Below are positions 18,721-32,234 of a stretch of DNA of 64,000 nt, piece after piece. Every line of letters starts with the position of its first letter. Position 1 is the stretch's first letter. This DNA is from an uncultured Acidobacteriota bacterium. GTDB lineage: Bacteria; Acidobacteriota; Thermoanaerobaculia; Multivoradales; UBA5704. The translations under genes were made by a program, and so were the position numbers. The DNA lies in NCBI GenBank assembly GCA_963756595.1, contig CAVWOZ010000040.1, positions 81 through 64,080 of the forward strand, written 5' to 3'. The notes beneath the pieces are model-generated. The model saw only the letters and a list, made by a program, of their open reading frames with translations, did not search any database and had not been told where the DNA came from.

Positions 18721-21642
18721 ATGACGATGGCCAAATCCCGATTCCCGCTGGTCGCAGGTCTCACGCTGTCGATGGTGCTGAGCGTTCTGCTGGCCCTCCC
18801 GGCCGTGGCGCAGGTCGCCAGGCAGGGCAACGACGTCCTCTCGTCCCTCGCCTTCTCGCATGCGAAGCTCGAGGCCGGCGAGGAGTCCGAGCTGCTGGAC
18901 AACGTCCGCGCGGTGACCTCGAAGTCGCTGCAGAACGGCTGGGAGGCCTTCCGCATCGGCGTCGGCCCCGCCGCCGAGTGGCAGGCCTCGGTCGACAAGC
19001 GCTCCGGCCTGCTGTCGTTCGCCGAAGGGGGGAACGTCGCCTGGATCCCCGGCCATGGCAACGGCATGCTGCTCAAGGACCTCGGCGGATACCTCAAGGC
19101 GAAGCCGGCGGTCGATCTCGAGGTGATGGACGCCATCGCGCGAGACTTCCTGCCGCGCGTCCAGAGCCTGATGGGGGTCGACGCCTCCCAACTCGTGCTC
19201 AACCGGGCGCGCAGCGGCCAGCCCGCCGGCTACCTCTGGTTCGTCGACTACGACGTGGTCCGCGAGGGGCTGCCGGTCGAAGGGGCGCGCGTCGTCTTCC
19301 GCGTCAACAACGGCAACCTGATCCAGTTCGGCTCCGAGAACCTCCCCGCCCCCGGCGCCAAGGTGCCGCCGACCCGGCTGACCGCGAAGCAGGCCGTCGC
19401 CGCCGTGGCGCGGTACATCGGCGGCTTCCAGGCGGGGGACACCTTCCGCGACGGCGGCAGCCTCCATTTGCTGCCGGCGAACGTCCCCAATGCCAAGTTC
19501 GCCGAAGGGTACGAGATCGGCCACGGCCGCGCCCTGGTCAAGGTCTGGCAGGTCACCTTCCATCGCGAAGGGGTGATGGGGAACTGGGCTGCGCGGGTCG
19601 ACGCCACGACCGGCGAGGTCCTCGAGCTCACCGACATCAACAAGTACGCGCAGGCGACCGGCGGCACCTACCTCAACTCGCCGGCCACCGGCCCCGAGGT
19701 GGTGCGGCCGATGCCCTATCTCACCGTCGGCACCGGCGTGTTCGGCAACTCGGCCGGCCTCTACACCTACACCGGCTCGCCGATCACCTCGACCCTCGCC
19801 GGCCAGTACGTCAAGATCACCGACACCTGCGGCGCCATCTCGCTCGGCTCGAACGGCTCCGGCGACCTCGCCTTCGGCACCTCGACGGGCACCGACTGCG
19901 TGACGCCGGGGTTCGGCGGCGCGGGGAACACCCACTCCTCCCGCGAGCAGTTCTACCAGGTCAACCGGATCAAGGAGGTCGTCCGCGGCTGGCTGCCGGC
20001 GAACACCTGGATCAACACCCAGCTGAACGTCAAGGTCAACCTCAACCAGACCTGCAACGCCTACTGGGACGGCACCGCCCTCAACTTCTTCAAGTCGGGG
20101 GGCGGCTGCGCCAACACCGGCCAGATCGCCGGCGTCTCGCTCCACGAGTTCGGCCACGGCATCGACCAGAACGACGCGACCGGCACCGCCACCGACGGCG
20201 CGACGGGCGAGTCCTACGGCGACACCACGGCGCTGATCGCCCTCCACGACTCCTGCCTCGGCGAGGGGTTCCTGTCCGGCAACTGCTCGGGCTACGGCGA
20301 CGCCTGCACGGCGTGCACCGGCGTCCGCGACGCCGACTACGCCAAGCACGCCTCGAACACGCCGGCGACGGCGGACAACTTCATTCGCGTCCACTGCCCG
20401 TCGGCCGGCCTCTTCGCCGGCACCGGCCCCTGCGGCAAGGAGGTCCACTGCGAGTCGTACGTCCCTACCGAGACGATGTGGGACGTCGCCAACCGCGACC
20501 TGCCGAACCCCGGCACCGGTCCGGCATGGACCACCCTCGACCGCCTCTGGTACCTGTCGCGCAACACCGCCACCAAGTCGTTCGCCTGCACCACCGGCAC
20601 CACCTACACCTCGAACGGTTGCAGCGCGGGGTCGCTCTGGAAGGTCTTCCGCGCCGTGGACGACGATGACGGCAACCTGAACAACGGCACCCCGCACGGC
20701 GCCGCCCTGTTCGCCGCCTTCAACCGGCACGGCATCGCCTGCACCACGGACGCCGGCGCCTCCACCACCTTCGCCGGCTGCACCCCGCCAGCCGCGCCGC
20801 TCCTCGCGGCCGTCGCGGGCGACAACCTGGCCTCCCTCTCATGGGGAGCGGTCGGCTCGTCGGTCTACAACGTGTTCCGCAACGAGACCGGCTGCAACGC
20901 CGGCTTCACCAAGATCGCCAGCGGCACCGCGGCCACCTCGCTCAACGACACCGCGGTCGCCGACGGCCTGACCTACTACTACCAGATCTCAGCCTTCCCG
21001 AGCGGCAACGAGTCGTGCGCCTCGGCTCCCTCGGCCTGCATCACGGTCTCGCCGGTGGCGGCGCCGTGCATCCCGCCGTCCTCCGCGCCGGCCACCCTCA
21101 CGGCCACCGCCGGCACCGGCAGCGTGGCGCTCGCCTGGGCCGCCGTCGCCGGCGCCAGCGAGTACCACGTCTACCGCGGCACGGTCTCGGGCGGCCCGTA
21201 CACCCAGATCGGCACCGCCACCGGCACCACCTTCACCGATACCTCGGTGCTCGGCACGACCTACTACTACGTGGTGCGCGCCGCCAACAGCCCGACCTGC
21301 GAGTCCGGCAACTCGCCCGAGGCCTCGGCCACTCCCACCGCCTCGGGAGACTTCTCGCTCTCGATGTCCCCGTCGTCGGTGACGGTGGGCCTGTTCGGCA
21401 CCACCGCCAACTACACGGTCAACGTCACCCGCACGGGGGGCTTCACCGGAGCGGTGACCCTCTCCGTCGCCGGCCTCCCCTCGGGCGCCACCGCGACCTT
21501 CACCCCCAACCCGGCCACCGGCGCCTCCTCGGCTCTCAAGGTGACCGTCAAGATCACGCCGCGGGGGACCTTCCCGCTCACCATCACCGGCGTCAGCGGC
21601 GCCCTCACCCACACCGCTTCGGCGACGCTGATCAAGAACTGA
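18721..21642 (+). CDS. secreted zinc metallopeptidase (M4/M36-like) with propeptide and Fn3-like domains
   Basis: Signal peptide, VDATTGEV (PepSY-like), CNAYWDG, HEFGH...GESYGD, and C-terminal Fn3-like segments (L.W...YNVFR...TYYY, twice). Confidence 0.82.
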   Translation: MTMAKSRFPLVAGLTLSMVLSVLLALPAVAQVARQGNDVLSSLAFSHAKLEAGEESELLDNVRAVTSKSLQNGWEAFRIGVGPAAEWQASVDKRSGLLSFAEGGNVAWIPGHGNGMLLKDLGGYLKAKPAVDLEVMDAIARDFLPRVQSLMGVDASQLVLNRARSGQPAGYLWFVDYDVVREGLPVEGARVVFRVNNGNLIQFGSENLPAPGAKVPPTRLTAKQAVAAVARYIGGFQAGDTFRDGGSLHLLPANVPNAKFAEGYEIGHGRALVKVWQVTFHREGVMGNWAARVDATTGEVLELTDINKYAQATGGTYLNSPATGPEVVRPMPYLTVGTGVFGNSAGLYTYTGSPITSTLAGQYVKITDTCGAISLGSNGSGDLAFGTSTGTDCVTPGFGGAGNTHSSREQFYQVNRIKEVVRGWLPANTWINTQLNVKVNLNQTCNAYWDGTALNFFKSGGGCANTGQIAGVSLHEFGHGIDQNDATGTATDGATGESYGDTTALIALHDSCLGEGFLSGNCSGYGDACTACTGVRDADYAKHASNTPATADNFIRVHCPSAGLFAGTGPCGKEVHCESYVPTETMWDVANRDLPNPGTGPAWTTLDRLWYLSRNTATKSFACTTGTTYTSNGCSAGSLWKVFRAVDDDDGNLNNGTPHGAALFAAFNRHGIACTTDAGASTTFAGCTPPAAPLLAAVAGDNLASLSWGAVGSSVYNVFRNETGCNAGFTKIASGTAATSLNDTAVADGLTYYYQISAFPSGNESCASAPSACITVSPVAAPCIPPSSAPATLTATAGTGSVALAWAAVAGASEYHVYRGTVSGGPYTQIGTATGTTFTDTSVLGTTYYYVVRAANSPTCESGNSPEASATPTASGDFSLSMSPSSVTVGLFGTTANYTVNVTRTGGFTGAVTLSVAGLPSGATATFTPNPATGASSALKVTVKITPRGTFPLTITGVSGALTHTASATLIKN

Positions 21643-21674
21643 TCCGCTACGCTCGATTCCGAGGAATCCGATAC

Positions 21675-21704
21675 GGCGGCGCCCCTCGGGGCGCCGCCTT
21701 TTTC
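21675..21704 (+). terminator. intrinsic terminator
   Basis: GGCGGCGCCCC-TC-GGGGCGCCGCC followed by TTTTT, downstream of the peptidase. Confidence 0.8.
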
Positions 21705-21739
21705 TTGGCCTTCCGGATGCGATAAGGTCGCACCCCGCG

Positions 21740-22645
21740 ATGCGACATCGACTCCCAGGAGCGACGCTCCTCTCCGCGCTGATCCTGGGGACCGGCTGTG
21801 CCGCCGGCAGGCCGCAGGTGAGCCCACAGGCGGTTTCCGCGCAGGAACCCGTCCGCCGGGTCTTTCGCGAGGTGGACGGCCGGAGCCTCCCCGCGTACGT
21901 CTTCTCGTCCACGGTGTCGCGGGGCTCTGCGCGGCCGGCGATCCTGCTCTTTCATGGCGGCGGCTGGGTCTCGGGGGAGGCCGCCTGGACGTTCGACGCC
22001 GCGCGGCGCTTCGCGCGGCTCGGCCTCGTCGCCGTGGCGATCGAGTACCGGCTGGCGGAAGGGCCGGCGGAGGGGACAGTCACCCCCATCGAACAGCTCG
22101 CGGACACCTGCGCGGCGTTCCATTGGGTGCGCGAGAACGCGGCCTCCCTCGGCGTCGACGCCGCGAAAGTCGCCGGCTACGGCGTCTCGGCCGGCGGCCA
22201 TCTCGTCACCGCCGCGGCCACTCTTGGTTGCGGCAACCGCGAAGGGGCGCTCGCCAACGGCGGCCCGGACCTGATGCTCCTCCTCTCGCCCGCCGTCGAC
22301 GCGGCCGACGACGCCTGGGTCACCAAGCTGCTGCAAGGGCGGGCCACCTCGCGGGAGTACTCACCCGTCGACCATATCCCCGCGCTTCCCGCGCGCCTCG
22401 CGCCGACGATCCTCATGCAGGGGACGGAGGACAACGTGACCCCCGTGGCCGCCGCCCGCCGCTTCTGCGCGGAGGCCGCCGCGAAAGGCAATCGCTGCGA
22501 TCTGCACGTATACCCGGGAGTGGGGCACCTGTTGACGCGCGACCTCGAGAATCAGGAGCGGAATGGTGGTTCCGACCCCGAGCTGCGCGAAGACGCCCTC
22601 ACGAAGCAGGAGCGGTTCCTGCGGGAGATGTGGTTGAAGGATTGA
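21740..22645 (+). CDS. alpha/beta hydrolase (HSL-like esterase, possible lipoprotein)
   Basis: HGGGW, GVSAGG, QGTED and GVGH motifs. N-terminal LILGTGC. Confidence 0.85.
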   Translation: MRHRLPGATLLSALILGTGCAAGRPQVSPQAVSAQEPVRRVFREVDGRSLPAYVFSSTVSRGSARPAILLFHGGGWVSGEAAWTFDAARRFARLGLVAVAIEYRLAEGPAEGTVTPIEQLADTCAAFHWVRENAASLGVDAAKVAGYGVSAGGHLVTAAATLGCGNREGALANGGPDLMLLLSPAVDAADDAWVTKLLQGRATSREYSPVDHIPALPARLAPTILMQGTEDNVTPVAAARRFCAEAAAKGNRCDLHVYPGVGHLLTRDLENQERNGGSDPELREDALTKQERFLREMWLKD

Positions 22646-22687
22646 CCCTGGGAAGGGCTGCGTTACACTGATCCCGTGCTACACGGG
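22642..22687 (+). promoter_or_regulatory. putative TA-operon promoter with operator palindrome
   Basis: TTGACC-16 bp-TACACT followed by CCCGTG-cta-CACGGG (22673-22687). Confidence 0.55.
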
Positions 22688-22721
22688 TTCTGGTGGGGTC
22701 CACGCAACCAGGAGGATTTTG

Positions 22722-22952
22722 ATGTCGAATCTGACGATTACGATAGACGACGAAGTTCTTCGCCGGGCACGGGTGCGGGCCGCGGAGCAGGACACCTCGG
22801 TCAACAGCGTCCTGCGTGATTATCTCGAAGCTTACGCGGCTTCCGGGGCGACTTGGGAGCAGGCGGCGGATGCGATCCTTCGGCTCTCCTCCCAGTCCCG
22901 ATCCGGTCGTGGCGACGCACGGTGGACTCGAGACGAGCTCCATGACCGGTAG
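22722..22952 (+). CDS. ribbon-helix-helix antitoxin (VapB-like)
   Basis: NLTITIDDEVLRRAR...SVNSVLRDYLE and WTRDELHDR. GGAGG RBS. Overlaps the PIN gene. Confidence 0.85.
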   Translation: MSNLTITIDDEVLRRARVRAAEQDTSVNSVLRDYLEAYAASGATWEQAADAILRLSSQSRSGRGDARWTRDELHDR

Positions 22953-23364
22953 GGCCTTCTTCGACACCAACGTCCTGGTCTATCTCTTCGACGAGGATGC
23001 CCCCTCCAAACAGAGTCGGGCGCGCGAGCTGTTCTCGGCGCAGGCCCGGTCCGGCCGGATCGTGCTCAGCCCCCAGGTGCTCCAGGAGTTCTATGTGACG
23101 GTAACCCGAAAGTTGGCGCGCCCTCTGCCGCCGGAGGAGGCGCTTTCGTCTCTCACGCAGCTCAGCGTGCTGCCACTCGTAGCGATCGATGGCGCCTTGA
23201 TCCTGCGGGCCGCCCAGCTCCATCAGAGGGACAGCCTGTCGTTTTGGGATGCGTTGATCGTGCAGGCTGCCCTGGAAGGGAACTGCAAGACTCTCCTGAG
23301 CGAGGACATGCAGCACGGTCGTCGATTTGGCGATCTCTTGGTCCAGAATCCGTTTGTCGATTAA
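22942..23364 (+). CDS. vapC: PIN-domain toxin
   Basis: FFDTNVLVY, QVLQEF, SFWDALI and LLSED...NPF. Confidence 0.9.
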   Translation: MTGRAFFDTNVLVYLFDEDAPSKQSRARELFSAQARSGRIVLSPQVLQEFYVTVTRKLARPLPPEEALSSLTQLSVLPLVAIDGALILRAAQLHQRDSLSFWDALIVQAALEGNCKTLLSEDMQHGRRFGDLLVQNPFVD

Positions 23365-23397
23365 GAATGCTCGAACGCCGACAGGGGAGTTTAAAGA

Positions 23398-23901
23398 ATG
23401 TCAGAGGATGATACGGACGATCTGAGGAAGCTGTTCCTGGACCACGTCGCCGCCTTCGAGCGGGTGGAGCCGCGGCCGTTGTTCGACGTGCTGCCGGAGA
23501 CCGGGGTGGCCCTGCCGCCGCCGGATTCGCTGGACGACGAGCAGCTCAGCCGCAAGCTGAAGGAGGTCATCCACGCCCTCGCGCTGCTCGGCAACTACCT
23601 GCTCTCGACCGACCATTTGAGCGACCGCGAGCTCTACACCGAGCTGTGGGACGACGCCCTGCGCGAGGAGGCGGTGCTGATGCCGGAGAACCCCGACTTC
23701 GCCGGCCACATCGACATGGTCGGCAGCGGCAGCGAGGAGCACACCAACCTGTTCCTGAAGTACTACGCCAGCGAGGAAGAGCGCCAGAGCTGGCTCGCCG
23801 ACTGGCCGGACGAACCGATCCCCGACCACGAGGACCCGCCCTACGACCGCGACCGGTTCCTTCCCAAAGCGGAATTCCGGAAGGATGGACTGGTGATGTA
23901 G
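23398..23901 (+). CDS. hypothetical acidic protein
   Basis: 167-aa ORF with high GC3. Motifs TDHLSDRELY and PYDRDRFLP. No family recognised. Confidence 0.75.
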   Translation: MSEDDTDDLRKLFLDHVAAFERVEPRPLFDVLPETGVALPPPDSLDDEQLSRKLKEVIHALALLGNYLLSTDHLSDRELYTELWDDALREEAVLMPENPDFAGHIDMVGSGSEEHTNLFLKYYASEEERQSWLADWPDEPIPDHEDPPYDRDRFLPKAEFRKDGLVM

Positions 23902-23963
23902 GGGAGACCGAAGGCGGAGGCTGGGACCGCGGCACCCGGGAAGGTGCCGCGGCGCTCAAAGCG

Positions 23964-24146
23964 TTACTCGCAGGTGGCTTGGGGAACCGTGATGCACGCG
24001 TAGCAGTACGAGATCGACTCACAAGGGTCCTGAGAACAGCGCAAGGTCCCGAAGCTACCTCCGCCCGCGTTCTGCAACCGCTCCGCATCCAAGGTCCGCA
24101 GTGTCTCCCGGCTGAGCTTCATCTTCCTGGCCATATGCTTCTTCAA
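23964..24146 (-). CDS. putative RiPP precursor peptide (leader KLSRETLRTL...GG, Cys/Ser/Thr-rich core)
   Basis: 60 aa with a strong AAGGAG RBS before TTG. Basic leader, double-Gly site, and a core with 5 Cys and 7 Ser/Thr. Confidence 0.72.
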   Translation of the reverse strand: MKKHMARKMKLSRETLRTLDAERLQNAGGGSFGTLRCSQDPCESISYCYACITVPQATCE

Positions 24147-24193
24147 GCTCGCATCTCCTTCTCCCTGAGTCTTTCAGGGTGCAATGGTCGAAG

Positions 24194-24223
24194 ATTCTAA
24201 GCGAGCAAGGAAGGATCGCGCAA
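24194..24223 (-). promoter_or_regulatory. putative sigma70 promoter of the precursor gene
   Basis: The minus strand reads TTGCGC-18 bp-TAGAAT. Confidence 0.45.
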
Positions 24224-24243
24224 GCGCTGAGATCAGGGATGTG

Positions 24244-24285
24244 TTGCCGTTGGGTTGCCGATAAATTGCCGATAAATTGCCGATA
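24244..24285. repeat. 11-bp-period direct repeat (TTGCCGATAAA), probable regulator binding array
   Basis: TTGCCG starts at 24244, 24255, 24266 and 24277. Confidence 0.8.
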
Positions 24286-24443
24286 CCTCGTAGACTCTGC
24301 CCCGGCGGGAAGGATCTGCGACGACCAGCCAACCATCTCGCGTCCAGCCTCGGCGGGAGTGCCATCGTCTATACTTTGTCACGGCTGCGCCCGGCCGGCG
24401 CCGGCCGCCCCGCCTCGTCTGCCCGTTGAAAGGAGCCTCGAGC

Positions 24444-26182
<1,739 letters not shown>

Positions 26183-26183
<1 letters not shown>

Positions 26184-26674
26184 TGACGTCCTCGACCATC
26201 CTGAGGGAGCAGCTCCTCTACATGCTGTGGGCCGACCGCATGATGCTCAAGGCGGTCCGCGACGTGACGCCGGAGGATCTGACGCGCGACGCCGGGGTCA
26301 GCTTCGGATCGCTGCTGGGCACCATGGTCCACATCCTGGGCTCGCAACGCCTCTGGCTCTCCCGCTTCGCGGGCAATCCGATCGATCGCCGCCCGACCTT
26401 GCAGGACTTCCCGGACCTTCCCGCCTGGATCCAGGGCTGGGAGGAGACGGCATCGGGGGTCGAGGCGTTCCTGGCCGCGCTGACCGACGATCAGCTCGCC
26501 GCCGAGATCACATGGGAGGACTCCGAGCGCGGACCGGTCAGCCGCCCGCTCTGGCAGCCGGTCGCCCACATGGTGAACCACGCGACTTACCATCGCGGGC
26601 AGATCGTCTCGCTGCTCCGCCAGCTCGGCTACACGCCGCCGAAGACGGATCTGATCTTCTATTTTTTGAAGTAG
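26183..26674 (+). CDS. DinB/YfiT family protein
   Basis: TGATG coupling to the mutase stop. SLLGTMVHI...WL and HMVNHATYHRGQ. Confidence 0.88.
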
Positions 26675-26682
26675 CGGAGACG

Positions 26683-26760
26683 CTGCGAGGGCGACCGCGG
26701 GTCGCCCCTACACCAGATTCCGGCCCTGTGTGTAGGGGCGACCTGCGGTCGCCCTCGCAG
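26683..26760. repeat. GTAG-type REP doublet (REPIN-like)
   Basis: Inverted pair CTGCGAGGGCGACCGCGGGTCGCCCCTACAC ... GTGTAGGGGCGACCTGCGGTCGCCCTCGCAG. Confidence 0.85.
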
Positions 26761-26794
26761 GCATATTGGGTACCCTCTGCTACAATCCGCCGCC

Positions 26795-27208
26795 ATGAAT
26801 GAACGACGGGTTCGCATCCTGATCGCCAAGCCGGGCTTGGACGGCCACGACCGCGGCGCCAAAGTGGTGGCGCGGGCGTTGCGGGACGCCGGGTACGAGG
26901 TGATCTATACCGGGCTCCGGCAGACGCCGGAGCAGATCGCGGCGGCGGCCGTCCAGGAGGACGTCGACGCGGTGGGGCTCTCGATCCTCTCCGGCGCGCA
27001 CAACGTGCTGCTGCCGGAGGTGACCCGGCTGCTGCGCGAGCAGGGGGCCGAGGACATCCTGGTGTTCGCCGGTGGAATCGTCCCCGAGCAGGACATCGCG
27101 GGGCTGAAGAGCGCCGGCGTCGACGCCATCTTTCTCCCCGGCACCTCGACCAAGGCGATCGTCGAATATCTGCAGAAACGCTTCGCCGAGGTCGCGGTCC
27201 CTTCCTAA
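26795..27208 (+). CDS. icmB: cobalamin-binding small subunit of acyl-CoA mutase
   Basis: [11 protein letters not shown] (DxHxxG), GLSILSGAH and GGI.P. Confidence 0.88.
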   Translation: MNERRVRILIAKPGLDGHDRGAKVVARALRDAGYEVIYTGLRQTPEQIAAAAVQEDVDAVGLSILSGAHNVLLPEVTRLLREQGAEDILVFAGGIVPEQDIAGLKSAGVDAIFLPGTSTKAIVEYLQKRFAEVAVPS

Positions 27209-27258
27209 ATAGCTGCCGTGGTGGTACTTTAGGGCGATAAGGCAAGGATGGAGGGGGA

Positions 27259-28572
27259 ATGAAGAGAAGGATTCTACTGGCGGACGACAGCGTCACCATC
27301 CAGAAGGTCATCGAGCTGACGTTCATGGACGAGGACTACGAGGTCCGCGCCGTGAGCAACGGCGACGAGGCGGTGGCGCTGCTGGCCGAGATGCACCCGG
27401 ACTTCGTCATCGCCGACGTGCACATGCCGGGCGCCAACGGCTACGAGGTCTGCCGGCGGGCGAAGGCGCTGCGGGCGGATCTTCCGGTGCTCCTGCTGGT
27501 GGGAACCTTCGAGCCGTTCGACGAGGCCCAGGCCCACGCGGTGGGAGCCGACTCGTTCCTCAAGAAGCCGTTCGACTCGCAGGAGCTGCTGCAGCGGGTC
27601 GACGAGCTGATCGCCGCCAAGGGGCCGGCGCCGGCCGCACCGCCGCCGGAGTCCGCCTGGGCCGCCCCCGCGGCGATGCCGACGCCGATGCCGGCGACCC
27701 CCACATCGCCGCCGGCACCCGCGGCGACCCCCGACTGGATGGCGCCCCATCCGGCCCCGGACCTGGCGGCGACGGCGCCGGCGGCCAGCGGGCTCGATTT
27801 CATGGGCGCGGCGGCCACCCCTGAGTTCTCGGCGGAGCCGTCCTGGGGGAGCTTCGAGCTCGAGCCCGAGGCCGCCGCGCCGGCACCGTTCCATGCGGCG
27901 GCGCCCTCTCCCGAGCCGTACGACCGCGAGCCGTCGTTCGCGCTCGAGCCGGACCCGGGGTATGCGGACGGCGGCCATCCGGCCGCTGCCGAGCCGGTCT
28001 TCTCGCTCGACGAGAACGCGCCGACCTTCGGCATGCGGGAGGACGTCTTCGCCGCTCCCGGCGAGCTGCCGCTCGACGACGAGCCGCACGACCGCTACGC
28101 CCCCGAGGAGCGCGCGGCGCCCGCCGCCGCGGGCTTCGACTGGACCGCTCCGCCGGTGACGCCGGCCGCCATGGCTGCAGAACCGGCAGAACCGGCCGCG
28201 GAGCCCATCCTCCATTTCGACACCCCGCCCGTCCCCGCCTGGCAGACCCCGCCGGTCGAGCCGGAGCTGCGCTGGAGCGAGCACGAGCCCTTCGTGGCGG
28301 TGGAGGCCGAGGAGGGGCTGCCGGCGCACAAGGAGACCCCTCTCGAAGCGCCGCCCGCGCCGGCAGTGGAAGCCGCCGTGCACGCCGGGCACAGCGGCAA
28401 CGGCTCGCACTCCGGAACGTTATCGGACGGCGACGTCGACCGCATCGCCCGCCGGGTGGTGGAGCTGCTCGGCGACCGGGCGATCCGTGACGTGGCCTGG
28501 GAGGTGATCCCGGACATGGCGGAAATGATCATCCGCGACCGCCTGCGCGAGCTCGAGGGGCAGGTCGAGTAG
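27259..28572 (+). CDS. response regulator, RomR-like (REC, Pro/acidic linker, C-terminal helix)
   Basis: ILLADDS.TIQKV, IADVHMP and KPFDSQEL. Long Pro/Ala/Glu linker. C-terminal RDVAWEVIPDMAEMIIRDRL. Confidence 0.85.
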   Translation: MKRRILLADDSVTIQKVIELTFMDEDYEVRAVSNGDEAVALLAEMHPDFVIADVHMPGANGYEVCRRAKALRADLPVLLLVGTFEPFDEAQAHAVGADSFLKKPFDSQELLQRVDELIAAKGPAPAAPPPESAWAAPAAMPTPMPATPTSPPAPAATPDWMAPHPAPDLAATAPAASGLDFMGAAATPEFSAEPSWGSFELEPEAAAPAPFHAAAPSPEPYDREPSFALEPDPGYADGGHPAAAEPVFSLDENAPTFGMREDVFAAPGELPLDDEPHDRYAPEERAAPAAAGFDWTAPPVTPAAMAAEPAEPAAEPILHFDTPPVPAWQTPPVEPELRWSEHEPFVAVEAEEGLPAHKETPLEAPPAPAVEAAVHAGHSGNGSHSGTLSDGDVDRIARRVVELLGDRAIRDVAWEVIPDMAEMIIRDRLRELEGQVE

Positions 28573-28604
28573 CGCAGCCTTCGGCAGGGGTCCGAAGGCG
28601 TACG

Positions 28605-28639
28605 GGGAGCGGTGGCATCACCGCTCCCTTCTGTTTGTT
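28605..28639 (+). terminator. intrinsic terminator candidate
   Basis: GGGAGCGGTG-gcat-CACCGCTCCC followed by TTCTGTTTGTT. Confidence 0.65.
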
Positions 28640-28675
28640 GGACGGTTCGATTTCAGCCAGACCGGGAGGTCAGTC

Positions 28676-31390
<2,715 letters not shown>

Positions 31391-31400
31391 AGGACCCGAC

Positions 31401-32234
31401 TTGGAATCCGATCGCTTCATCGACGAGCTGCGGGCGCTGCACCGGCAGGGGGGAGGCCCTGAGAACCTCCTGGTCCTGCCGGTGGTCCCGTCGACCAACG
31501 GCTTCGCCCGCGCCATCGCGAGCGAGTACCAGGACGCCTCGGAGCCCCTCTATCCGCTGGTGATCCTCGCCTACGGGCAGAGCGGTGGCCGGGGACGGCA
31601 GGGGCGGAGCTGGTCGAGCCCGGCGGGGAAGGGGGCCTACGTCACGCGGGTGATCGGGACGGACGATCCGGCGCTCCTGCAGACCTTGCCGCTGCTGGTC
31701 GGCGTCGGCCTGTGCCGGGCGCTCGCCCCCCATCTCCCTGTCCCCTGCCGGCTCAAGTGGCCCAACGACCTGGTGGTCGAGGTGGAGAGCGGCGGGAGAT
31801 CCGAGAGGAAGAAGATCGGCGGCGTCCTGATCGAGGCGCTGGTGCGGCCGGGCGAGCGCAGCCTGGCGCTGGCCGGCTTCGGGGTCAATCTCTTCCACGG
31901 CGCCGAGGAGCTGCCGGAGACGGCGACCTCGCTCCGGCTGCTGGGCGGCCAGGAAGGGAATGAGAAGGGGGGCGCCGGTCTGGCAGCCCTCGCCTGGGAC
32001 CTGGTGCGCGGCGTCGAGGCCGAGCTCGTCCACCTCGGGGACGTTGCCTACGCGGTCGCCAGCTACCGGCCGCTGGCCGTCCACCAGCCCGGCGAGCGGC
32101 TGGTCTCGCGGGTGGGGGAGACGGCGACCGCCGGCGCCTTCGCGGGTTTCGACGAGACGGGGAGGCTCCTCCTCGACAGCGATGACGACGGCCGGCGGAT
32201 CGCGGTGGCCGCGGGCGAGGTGATCGAGGAATGA
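31401..32234 (+). CDS. birA: biotin--protein ligase (class I, no HTH)
   Basis: STN, Q..GRGRQGRSW.S, LKWPND and KIGGVL.E. Confidence 0.9.
   Translation: MESDRFIDELRALHRQGGGPENLLVLPVVPSTNGFARAIASEYQDASEPLYPLVILAYGQSGGRGRQGRSWSSPAGKGAYVTRVIGTDDPALLQTLPLLVGVGLCRALAPHLPVPCRLKWPNDLVVEVESGGRSERKKIGGVLIEALVRPGERSLALAGFGVNLFHGAEELPETATSLRLLGGQEGNEKGGAGLAALAWDLVRGVEAELVHLGDVAYAVASYRPLAVHQPGERLVSRVGETATAGAFAGFDETGRLLLDSDDDGRRIAVAAGEVIEE

Noticed and set aside
24244-24285. Possible CRISPR array or iteron
   Set aside because: The units are 11-bp tandem repeats with no spacers, and there are no cas or rep genes.
28575-28675. Possible T-box riboswitch before valS
   Set aside because: The region is too short, with no T-box consensus or stem I. 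Only two hairpins are visible.
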